Source: Gemmatimonadota bacterium (GTDB taxonomy: Bacteria > Latescibacterota > UBA2968 > UBA8231). Taken from it: a DNA stretch of 24,298 bases. The DNA is taken from assembly GCA_038128265.1 (NCBI GenBank), contig JAYPJE010000057.1:1-24298 (forward strand), read 5' to 3'. Below, one piece after another: positions 7,889-16,048 of the stretch. A program made the translations under genes and the position numbers. The notes beneath the pieces are model-generated. The model was not told the DNA's origin and did not search any database. It saw only the letters and a program-made list of their open reading frames with translations. Position 1 is the first letter of the stretch. Every line of letters starts with the position of its first letter.

Positions 7889-8980
7889 ATGGCAGCTAAG
7901 TACCGCGTCGGCGTCATCGCCTCCGGACGCATCGCCCGCGAACACGGCCGCGGCTGGGCCGAGTGCGAACACACGGAAATCGCAGCCATCGCCGACTCGC
8001 ATCCCGAAGCGCTGTCTAGCTACGCCAGCGACTTCAACGTCAAAACCCAGTATCTCGACTACCGCGAAATGCTGGACAAGGAAAACCTCGATATCGTCAG
8101 CGTGTGCTCGTGGGATCCGCAGCACGCCGAGATGAGCATCGCCGCCTGCGCGCGCCGCCCCAAAGCGGTGCTGTGCGAAAAGCCCATGGCCATCTCGCTG
8201 GGGGAAGCCGACGCCATGATCATCGCCGCCCAGCGCAATGACGTAAAGCTAGCCATTGGCCACCAGCGGCGCTTCTACTCGTCTTGGCGCGAAGCCCGTC
8301 GCATGATTGCCGATGGCGCCATCGGCCAGCCCAAGCGCCTGTGGTCGGCCATCCGCGCCGGCATGATGAACACCGGTACGCACTGCATCGACTTTCAGCT
8401 CTACGCGCTGGGCGATCCCAAGGTCGAGTGGGTCATGGGCTCGGTCGAACGCCACACCGATCATTATGTATTTGGCCACCGCGTCGAAGACCGCTGCGCC
8501 GGCATCATCGGCTACGAAGGCGGTATTGAGGGCGTGATAGAAAACGAGCTGAACAACACCTACGAAGTCGGCGCGCATATATACGGCGAAGAGGGTATGA
8601 TCGTCGTCAACGACAACTCGCTGCGCTATATGAACGCCTCGTCAAACGGCTGGAGCGTATTCGAGCCTACCGACAAGTCCGAGCGCGGCTACGGCAATGC
8701 CTTTGTCGATCAGGCCTACGGCATCTGCCGCTGGATCGAAGGCGATTTCGAAGACTATTACGGCAAGGCCGAGCATGGGCGCGCCGCCACCGAAATCATG
8801 ATGGCCGTCTACGAATCGGCGCGCGTGCACGAACGCGTAGCATTTCCGCTGCAGACGCGTGCCAACCCGCTTGACGTGGCCGTCGAAGAAGGCGTCATAC
8901 CCGTCACGCGACCAGGCGTTTGGGACGAGCGCTCGTTCCTCGTGCGCGGCGAAGGCATGAGCTGGGTCGGCAAGAAGTAG
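7889..8980 (+). CDS. Gfo/Idh/MocA family NAD(P)-dependent oxidoreductase
   Basis: AAGGA RBS. RVGVIASGRIA Rossmann start, YLDYREMLDKENLDIVSV, CEKPMA, IGHQRRF and GTHCID motifs. Confidence 0.92.
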   Translation: MAAKYRVGVIASGRIAREHGRGWAECEHTEIAAIADSHPEALSSYASDFNVKTQYLDYREMLDKENLDIVSVCSWDPQHAEMSIAACARRPKAVLCEKPMAISLGEADAMIIAAQRNDVKLAIGHQRRFYSSWREARRMIADGAIGQPKRLWSAIRAGMMNTGTHCIDFQLYALGDPKVEWVMGSVERHTDHYVFGHRVEDRCAGIIGYEGGIEGVIENELNNTYEVGAHIYGEEGMIVVNDNSLRYMNASSNGWSVFEPTDKSERGYGNAFVDQAYGICRWIEGDFEDYYGKAEHGRAATEIMMAVYESARVHERVAFPLQTRANPLDVAVEEGVIPVTRPGVWDERSFLVRGEGMSWVGKK

Positions 8981-8988
8981 GGATCCGC

Positions 8989-9843
8989 GTGATCGAGCTA
9001 ACGCTGACAAAAGCGGAAAAGCAGCGCGGCCACCTCGAGGAGGCACGCCTCGAGGTGGCCGTACGCGCCGTGCGCGAAGACGGCTTTGTCGTGCTGCACG
9101 AGGCCATCGACCCGACGCATATAGCGGTGCTGCGCGAACGCATGCTAGAAGACGCAGGGCACATAGCCGTGCTCGAGCACGTGCCCTTCCAGTTCCGGAC
9201 GGGACATCTGCAGCAGGACCCACCGCCCTTCCCACCCTACCTCTTCCGCGATGTGCTGGTCAACCCCTTTGCCGTTGACGTCACGCACGCGCTGCTCGGC
9301 GACGGCGTTAAAAACGCGTTCTACAGCGGCAACTGCTGCCTGCCCAACGGAAATCGCCAGCCGCTGCACGTCGACATCGGCCATCTATGGCCCGGCCTGC
9401 ACAAAGCCCACCCAGCCCATGCGCTCGTAATCAACGTGCCCGTCGTCGATATGACGCCGGAAAACGGCAGCACCGAGCTGTGGCCCGGCACGCACCTGGA
9501 TACCACGCGCGCGATGGGCGACGGCGACATTAAAATACCCGAAGATGTATTGGAAAGGGTGCGGGCGGAGGTGCAGCCCCTGCAGCCGTGCGTGCCGGCC
9601 GGCAGTCTGCTGATTCGCGATATGCGCCTGTGGCACTGCGGCATGCCCAACTACACGCAGGTCGCGCGACCGATGATCGCCATGATTCACTGGCCGCGCT
9701 GGTACCGCACGGGGGACAGGCTGCTATTTGCCAAAGGCAGCGAGGCGCTCTTGGCCGACGAGCGCCTGCACACGGAAGCGGAATTTACCGACGAGCCGAT
9801 CGACTACATCGGACGCAACAGCCAGTACGATTACGCCGGATAA
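8989..9843 (+). CDS. PhyH family Fe(II)/2-oxoglutarate dioxygenase, KanJ-like
   Basis: GTG 8989, 8 nt after the upstream stop. GHLQQDPP, DVLVNP, YSGNCCLP, QPLHVD, HLWPG, ENGSTELWPGTH, IRDMRLWHCGMPN and RPM closely follow the motif order I recall for kanamycin B dioxygenase KanJ. The HxD...H triad is intact. Confidence 0.88.
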   Translation: MIELTLTKAEKQRGHLEEARLEVAVRAVREDGFVVLHEAIDPTHIAVLRERMLEDAGHIAVLEHVPFQFRTGHLQQDPPPFPPYLFRDVLVNPFAVDVTHALLGDGVKNAFYSGNCCLPNGNRQPLHVDIGHLWPGLHKAHPAHALVINVPVVDMTPENGSTELWPGTHLDTTRAMGDGDIKIPEDVLERVRAEVQPLQPCVPAGSLLIRDMRLWHCGMPNYTQVARPMIAMIHWPRWYRTGDRLLFAKGSEALLADERLHTEAEFTDEPIDYIGRNSQYDYAG

Positions 9844-9862
9844 CGGCGCGATGTGAACCCGT

Positions 9863-11155
9863 CTACGGCGCGATGCTTCGGCACTCGACGTAGTAGCGCT
9901 TCTCTTCGGCTTCGCCCAGCGAAAAGGTCTTGCGCGGCAGCGCGCCCTCCAGCGCTATCGTCTGAAAGAAATCGCGCTTGTCCAGCGCCGGTAGGAAAAA
10001 CCCCGTGCACTGGGGCGCCGCCGCCAGCTTTTCTAGCGACGCCTCGCCGTGTATGTAATCGACTTTGGCTAGCGGATAACCCTCAATAAAATCGTCGATA
10101 AAGCTCTGCAGCGCGCCGGCGGCAAGCTGCACGTCGGGATCGCCTATGCGCAGCCAACCGCGCCGCTGGCCGCTGCAAAAAGCAATCGTGTGGCTACTGG
10201 AGCTTTCTTCCCAGTCTTCCTCGTCTTCACCGTAGGCCCAGCTGAAATCCTGCGCGGCGAAAAATGCCGCCGCCGCCGCCATCAACTCTTCGACGTCGAC
10301 GCCAAAGACGGCGCGGTGAATGGGCTCGAATTCTAGCCCTTCATCGTGGATGTTAACCAACTCGACCAGGGCATATCGCGCCGGATGCCCCATCACGTCT
10401 TCCGCGCTGGACGCCTCGGCTTTGATCTGCTCCCACACTGCTTTGGCTGTGGCAAAGGAGTGGTTGCCGTCCCCCATGGCGTATAGGAAGGGCGGCTCGC
10501 CGCGCCTCAGCGCGGCCAGGTTCGAGGCAACCTGTTCGACTAACGCCTCGTCACCGATGTGGAAGCCGCGCACGCTGCCTCCTCCCAGCATGAGCGACCC
10601 TTCGTAAATCGGCGTCTGCACCTGCTCGAAGAGGGGTTCGATCACCGTGCGCTGCGGATCGTCGATCAGCACCATAATATGCGGTACCTCAATGCGCGCG
10701 CGCTGGCGCACTTCAATGCGCGGCGGCAGGCGGTCCAACACCGTGCCCTCCGTCGTCCGCACCAGTTCCTGCGCACCGTCGCTGTAGTCGTAGTGCTCCA
10801 AGTCGAGCGCAACCATCAACCCGCGGCGCACCGCACCGCGCTCCATCGTGCGTTCCACCAGGACAAAACCCGGTGGCAGCGCGCGCAGCGCGCCGTCTTC
10901 GGCGTACCCGTCCATGCGCTCGTTGATCGCGCCGACGACCTCTCCCCGATCCGCCGAGTCCAAATAGACCTCAGGGAAAACCAGGTGCAGCGTCGACGGA
11001 GCACCGCCCACGCGGCGCTGCACCTCCTCCCAATAGTCGGGTTCCGAGGTGTACTGGTCGCAGGCGATGACGGCCCACGTCTCTAAAGGAATGTCTTCTC
11101 GCGGTAGCAAAATAGTCGGCACGTGCAGCGCCGCTTCGGGAAATTCTGTGCGCAT
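9863..11155 (-). CDS. DUF1015 family protein
   Basis: WAVIACDQYTSEPDYW, PSTLHLVFPEVYL, TEGTVLDRLPPR, PHIMVLIDD, MGDGNHSFATAK, FEPIHR and LPRKTFSLGEA..KRYY match DUF1015 proteins. Confidence 0.85.
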   Translation of the reverse strand: MRTEFPEAALHVPTILLPREDIPLETWAVIACDQYTSEPDYWEEVQRRVGGAPSTLHLVFPEVYLDSADRGEVVGAINERMDGYAEDGALRALPPGFVLVERTMERGAVRRGLMVALDLEHYDYSDGAQELVRTTEGTVLDRLPPRIEVRQRARIEVPHIMVLIDDPQRTVIEPLFEQVQTPIYEGSLMLGGGSVRGFHIGDEALVEQVASNLAALRRGEPPFLYAMGDGNHSFATAKAVWEQIKAEASSAEDVMGHPARYALVELVNIHDEGLEFEPIHRAVFGVDVEELMAAAAAFFAAQDFSWAYGEDEEDWEESSSSHTIAFCSGQRRGWLRIGDPDVQLAAGALQSFIDDFIEGYPLAKVDYIHGEASLEKLAAAPQCTGFFLPALDKRDFFQTIALEGALPRKTFSLGEAEEKRYYVECRSIAP

Positions 11156-11159
11156 AAGC

Positions 11160-11987
11160 CTATCCTATCAGCGGCCGAGCCCAGCCGACAAATTGCGGGA
11201 AGATCACCTCCGGCTCCTCCAACTCTGGGTGCCAGCGCTTTTCGTGCTCAAACATGATCCAGCCCTCGTAGCCGTTTTCCTTGAGCAGTGCAATGGCCTC
11301 GGCCAGCGGCAATTGACCAAGACCCGGCGGCACGTAGCGCCAGCCGTCGCCCATCGCCTGCGGGTGGTCCACGTCGTATACGGCGTCTTTCACGTGCGTG
11401 TAGAAGGTGCGTGGCCCCACGGCCGCATAGGTCTCGGCCGGCGTTTCATCGCCGACGCGCGCCGTGTGACCCATATCCCACAGCACGCCAAACGACGGGT
11501 CGTCGATGCGGTCGAGCAGCAGCTTGCAATCGGCCGCTTTAATCCACTCGTCGTGCGTTTCAAAAACCCACTTCAACTCGCGCGCCCCGTCCAGTTCGAG
11601 GAGCTTTTCCACCGTGTCGCGCCCCCTGTCAGCCAGCGCCGCCTTTGAATGGGATGCGCTGTCACCGCCGCCAAAAACGCGGACCTGGTGGCAGCCCAGC
11701 GCCTTGGCCACTGCAATCGTGCGACGCGCCTCTTCGAGATTATCGGCCAGCTTTTCGGGCACACATACGCGAATGCTCGAGCTGATGCCCGATACGAGCA
11801 GGCCGGCATCGTCCAACTTGCGCCGCGTCTCACCCACGCCGCTGGTAAACTCAGGCAGCTGCGTCACATCGAGCGCATCCCCTATGCCGCGAAAGTCGAC
11901 GCCTTGTAAACCAAACGCGCTGCAGTTGGCGACGATTTGGTCTAAGTCCCACTGCGGACAGCCCAGCGTCGTAGTGCTCAGTTTCAT
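11160..11987 (-). CDS. Sugar phosphate isomerase/epimerase family protein (xylose isomerase-like TIM barrel)
   Basis: KLSTTTLGCPQWDL, VRVFGG; metal ligands in FETHD, WDMGH, HVKD and FEHE. Confidence 0.88.
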   Translation of the reverse strand: MKLSTTTLGCPQWDLDQIVANCSAFGLQGVDFRGIGDALDVTQLPEFTSGVGETRRKLDDAGLLVSGISSSIRVCVPEKLADNLEEARRTIAVAKALGCHQVRVFGGGDSASHSKAALADRGRDTVEKLLELDGARELKWVFETHDEWIKAADCKLLLDRIDDPSFGVLWDMGHTARVGDETPAETYAAVGPRTFYTHVKDAVYDVDHPQAMGDGWRYVPPGLGQLPLAEAIALLKENGYEGWIMFEHEKRWHPELEEPEVIFPQFVGWARPLIG

Positions 11988-11996
11988 TTGCTTGGT

Positions 11997-12647
11997 TCAT
12001 CCTTCGCTTGATAGTTCATCCACAATATCGAGGACCTCACCTGCGTGCTGAAGATGGCGAAAGGCGCCGCTGAAGTCGAGCGACTGTGTCAGACCGCGCG
12101 GAATGACCGCGCAGCGCACGCCGGCCGCACGCGCCGCCTGCAAGCCGCGCGGCGAATCTTCTACCACCAAACACTGCTCGGCGCGCAGCCCGTTGCGACG
12201 CATCGCCTGCAGATACGGTTCGGGATGAGGCTTCGGCTCGCCATAGTCCTCTCGCACGAGAACAAAGTCAAAATAGGGCAACAAACCGGTCTTTGCATGG
12301 ACGATTTCAAAGTGCGTGCGACGCGACGAGGTTACAATGCCCATGCGCACCCTGCCGCGCAGTGCGTCCAACGTCGCGACGACACCCTCGATGGGCGCCA
12401 CCCCTTCGGAGAGTAGCTCGGCGTGGCGCGCGTTGCGCCAGCGCTGGGTCTCGACGAATAGCCCCTCGCCGAGACCGCGCTCTTCCATCAGCGCGCGCAG
12501 CCCTTCGCCCCTTCTGAGAAATGAGTCGATAAAGCGCGCTTCGCTCAGCCCGATGTCGATGCGCGCCAGCGCCTCGCGACAGGCGCGAAAGTAGAGGTGC
12601 TCTGTATCGACTAGCACGCCGTCGTTGTCCCACAGAATGGCCTTCAA
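11997..12647 (-). CDS. HAD family hydrolase (beta-phosphoglucomutase/CbbY-like phosphatase)
   Basis: AGGA then TTG 12647 (GTG 12650 is an alternative). Motif I WDNDGVLVDTE, motif II IVTSS, motif III KPHPEPY, motif IV VVEDSPRG. Confidence 0.9.
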   Translation of the reverse strand: MKAILWDNDGVLVDTEHLYFRACREALARIDIGLSEARFIDSFLRRGEGLRALMEERGLGEGLFVETQRWRNARHAELLSEGVAPIEGVVATLDALRGRVRMGIVTSSRRTHFEIVHAKTGLLPYFDFVLVREDYGEPKPHPEPYLQAMRRNGLRAEQCLVVEDSPRGLQAARAAGVRCAVIPRGLTQSLDFSGAFRHLQHAGEVLDIVDELSSEG

Positions 12648-12810
12648 CACAGTCCTAATACTATGGCACAACACCCACGCCGGCCAGTGCATTCAATGCG
12701 GTGCAGGACGCGGTGAAAATACAATTTTATGTGGTTCACCATGTTCCCTATATTAGCGCGCCGCGCGGCACGCGTCGACTTAATCGGACCACTCATCCAA
12801 GGAGTACGCC

Positions 12811-13722
12811 ATGAGCACTGCCCTCAAGTCATTCGCAGAAAACAGCATCCGCCCTATTCCACAGGAAGCGTTTGACTGGTACGACGAATACGCGCACGGG
12901 CTGATCGATCGCCGCACCTTTATGGCGCGCTTGGCCGGGCTGACGGCGCTGGGGTTTTCCATGAGCGCACTGACCGACGCCCTGCTGCCCAACTATGCTG
13001 CCGCAGAGCAGATCTCTTTCAACGACCCGGATATAAAGGCCACATATGCGCCATTTGCCTCGCCGACTGGCCACGGCCCGTGCCAAGGCTACCTCGTCAG
13101 ACCCACCCGCGCTGAGGGCCCTTTCCCGGCCGTGCTGGTCGTGCACGAAAATCGCGGACTCAACCCCTATATAAAGGACGTCGCACGCCGCCTGGCCAAA
13201 GAGGGCTTTCTCGCCTTTGCCCCGGACGGCCTCTACCCGCTGGGTGGTTATCCCGGCAACGACGACGACGGGCGCCAAATGCAGGGCGGCATGGACCGCA
13301 CCAAGCTCGAAGAAGATTTTGTCGCCGCCGCCCGTTTCGTCAAGGGGCACGAATTGGGCACGGGCAAGCTCGGAGCCGTGGGATTCTGCTTTGGCGGCTA
13401 TATCGTCAACATGCTAGCCGCCGTCATGCCAAACGAGCTCGATGCCGGCGTGCCTTATTATGGTTCTCCTGCCGCCGAAGCGCTGCGCGCACAGGTCAAG
13501 GGGCCACTCCTGCTGCACTTTGGCAGCTTAGACCAGCGCATCAACGCCACTTGGCCGGAGTATGAACGCGCCCTCAAAGACAATGGGGCTCAGTACGAAG
13601 CGCACGTGTACGAGGGCGTAAACCACGGGTTTCACAACGACTCAACGGGGCGCTACGCTCACGAAGAAGCCGAGCTCAGCTGGCAGCGCACCGTAGCTTT
13701 TTTCAAAAAACACCTCGCGTAG
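12811..13722 (+). CDS. yghX: Dienelactone hydrolase family protein, YghX-like
   Basis: AAGGAG RBS. IPQEAFDWYDEYAHGLIDRRTFM N-terminus with twin-Arg-like motif, VVHENRGLNP, GFCFGG nucleophile elbow, D..IN and HGFHND. Confidence 0.85.
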   Translation: MSTALKSFAENSIRPIPQEAFDWYDEYAHGLIDRRTFMARLAGLTALGFSMSALTDALLPNYAAAEQISFNDPDIKATYAPFASPTGHGPCQGYLVRPTRAEGPFPAVLVVHENRGLNPYIKDVARRLAKEGFLAFAPDGLYPLGGYPGNDDDGRQMQGGMDRTKLEEDFVAAARFVKGHELGTGKLGAVGFCFGGYIVNMLAAVMPNELDAGVPYYGSPAAEALRAQVKGPLLLHFGSLDQRINATWPEYERALKDNGAQYEAHVYEGVNHGFHNDSTGRYAHEEAELSWQRTVAFFKKHLA

Positions 13723-13800
13723 CACAGCCCGCGACAAGGGTATACCACGCCATTCGGAGCCGTCCGAGCGACGACCCCACCACTTAGGAAAGGACGCAAC

Positions 13801-15939
13801 TTGAGCCGCACGATCTCTTCCGCTCTCTTGGCACTGTGCTTAAGCACGGCCGTTGCACTGCCCGCTCGGGCGCAATATGCGGGAGCCGACTGGCCCGTTT
13901 ACCACGGCGACCCAACGGGCTCACACTACTCGCAGCTCGATCAAATTACAAGAGAAAACGTCGGCCAGCTGGAGGTAGCCTGGACCTATATGTCCAGCGA
14001 AGAGCTGCCCCAAGGACGCTCCGACAACCAGTGCAATCCCATCGTCATTGACGGCGTGCTCTACGGCGCTTCACCCGACGGCTACTTCTTTGCGATCAAC
14101 GCGGCCACCGGCGAGGAAATTTGGAAGTACGACTTCACTGAGCGGCGGCGCAGCGTGCGCGTGCGCGGCACCTCCTACTGGACGGACGGCAGCGAAGAGC
14201 GCCTCTTCGTGGCGGTTAACAACGAACTGCGCGCGCTCGACGCAAAAACGGGCGCGCTCGTAACGAGCTTTGCCGACGAGGGCACCCTCGACCTGCGCTA
14301 CGGGCTGGCGCGCCCGGCCGAAGAGGTCACCTTTTTTCGCCTGACCACACCGGCAACCATCTTTGAAGACATGCTCATCGTCGGCGGCTTTACCTCCGAG
14401 GGCTACGGCGCCGTGCCGGGCGATATACGCGCCTTTGACGTGCGCACCGGCCAACAGGTTTGGGTCTTCCGCACCATTCCCGCTGCCGGTGAGTACGGCG
14501 CCGACACCTGGCCGGAAAACGCGCGCGACTGGGCCGGCTCGGCCAATTCCTGGGCCGGCTTTACCATCGACCGCGATCGCGGCCTGCTCTTTGCCCCAAC
14601 GGGCTCGGCGGCCTTCGATTTTTACGGAGCCGATCGACTGGGTCAAAATCTCTTTGCCAACTGCGTGCTCGCCCTCGATATCCGCACCGGCCAGCGCGTC
14701 TGGCACTACCAGATCGTCCACCACGACCTGTGGGACCGCGACGCGCCTTCGCAGCCCGTGCTGCTGACCGTCACGCACGAAGGCAAGAAGATCGACGCCG
14801 TCGCACAGACGACCAAGCAGGGCTACGTATACGTGCTGAACCGCGAGACGGGCGAGCCGCTTTTCCCCGTAGAAGAGCGCCCCTTCTCCCAGTCAACGGT
14901 CGGCCAAGACCAGGCCTGGCCGACGCAGCCCATCCCGACGGCACCGCCGCCCTTCACGCGCACGGAACTGAGCAAAGATGACCTGAGCGACGTCTTGCCG
15001 GGCACGCGCCAATACGCCGAGATGATGTGGGAGACGATGCGATACGAGGGCAACTTCACCCCCATGAGCAACGAGGCGCCCACCGTGCTGTTTCCCGGCA
15101 CGATCGGCGGCGGCAACTGGGGCGGCGCGGCGGTGGATCCGGACAACGGCATGCTCTACGTCAACGCCAACGAGGTGGCCTCGTTTATCACGCTCGTGAC
15201 CATGCTCGATTCGCCCAACCTGTCGGACTACCAGAAGGGGCGCAACCAATACGCCCGCCGCTGCAGCGCCTGTCACGGCATGAACCGCATGGGGGGCAAC
15301 CACATGGGCTACACGCCGCCGCTGCTCAACCTAGGCATGCGCCTAACCCGCGAGCAGGTGGTCGACATCTTCCGCAACGGCAAGGGCCGCATGGAGGCAC
15401 AGCCTTGGCTCATGCGCAGTCCGGAAAACGTCGAGATGCTGCTGACCTTTCTCTTTGAAGAGGCACCGCCCGGGCAAGAAGACCTCTCCGACCCGGGCGA
15501 AGGCGGCAAGGTTATCTACTCCCACTCGGGCTACAACCAGCTTCTCGACCAAAACGGCTATCCGGCCAACGCGCCGCCGTGGGGTACGCTCAACGCCATC
15601 GATCTCAACGAAGGCACGATTAAGTGGCAGGTGACGCTAGGCGAGTACGCCGACCTCAAGGAAAAGGGCGTGCCGCCCACCGGCACGGAAAACTGGGGCG
15701 GACCCGTGCTGACGCAGAGCGGCCTCATCTTTATTGCCGCTGCGGCCGACGATAAGCTGCGCGCCTTTGACAAGGAGACGGGTGAGGTCCTGTGGGAGGG
15801 ACAGCTTCCCACGTCGGGCTTTGCCACGCCGAGCACCTACTCGGTCGACGGTCGTCAATACGTCGTCATCGCCTGCGGCGGTGGCAAGGTAAGCAGGCCT
15901 ACATCGAGCGCCTTTGTGGCCTTTGCCCTACCCCAATAG
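13801..15939 (+). CDS. PQQ-dependent glucose/quinate-type dehydrogenase with inserted c-type cytochrome domain
   Basis: AAGGA then TTG. Signal peptide ends ...PARA-Q. DWPVYHGD..GSHYSQLDQIT.ENV..LEVAW, Trp-docking repeats, HHDLWDRD, GGNWGG, CSACH at 15262-15276, PPWGTLNAIDL and ATPSTYSVDGRQYVVIACGGG. Confidence 0.92.
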   Translation: MSRTISSALLALCLSTAVALPARAQYAGADWPVYHGDPTGSHYSQLDQITRENVGQLEVAWTYMSSEELPQGRSDNQCNPIVIDGVLYGASPDGYFFAINAATGEEIWKYDFTERRRSVRVRGTSYWTDGSEERLFVAVNNELRALDAKTGALVTSFADEGTLDLRYGLARPAEEVTFFRLTTPATIFEDMLIVGGFTSEGYGAVPGDIRAFDVRTGQQVWVFRTIPAAGEYGADTWPENARDWAGSANSWAGFTIDRDRGLLFAPTGSAAFDFYGADRLGQNLFANCVLALDIRTGQRVWHYQIVHHDLWDRDAPSQPVLLTVTHEGKKIDAVAQTTKQGYVYVLNRETGEPLFPVEERPFSQSTVGQDQAWPTQPIPTAPPPFTRTELSKDDLSDVLPGTRQYAEMMWETMRYEGNFTPMSNEAPTVLFPGTIGGGNWGGAAVDPDNGMLYVNANEVASFITLVTMLDSPNLSDYQKGRNQYARRCSACHGMNRMGGNHMGYTPPLLNLGMRLTREQVVDIFRNGKGRMEAQPWLMRSPENVEMLLTFLFEEAPPGQEDLSDPGEGGKVIYSHSGYNQLLDQNGYPANAPPWGTLNAIDLNEGTIKWQVTLGEYADLKEKGVPPTGTENWGGPVLTQSGLIFIAAAADDKLRAFDKETGEVLWEGQLPTSGFATPSTYSVDGRQYVVIACGGGKVSRPTSSAFVAFALPQ

Positions 15940-15968
15940 GCTGCAGTACTGCCCGTAGTAAAACGAGT

Positions 15969-16009
15969 GGCAACCTATCGCTACCGCTGCGCTGTGCCGA
16001 TAGGTTGCC
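15969..16009 (+). terminator. Intergenic stem-loop (possible terminator or mRNA-stabilising hairpin)
   Basis: Perfect 12-bp inverted repeat GGCAACCTATCG (15969-15980) / CGATAGGTTGCC (15998-16009), 17-nt partly pairable loop, followed by a weak U-rich tail (CTGTTCATTT). Confidence 0.5.
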
Positions 16010-16048
16010 CTGTTCATTTACTCTCCATTGGTAAGACGGGAGTGTGTG

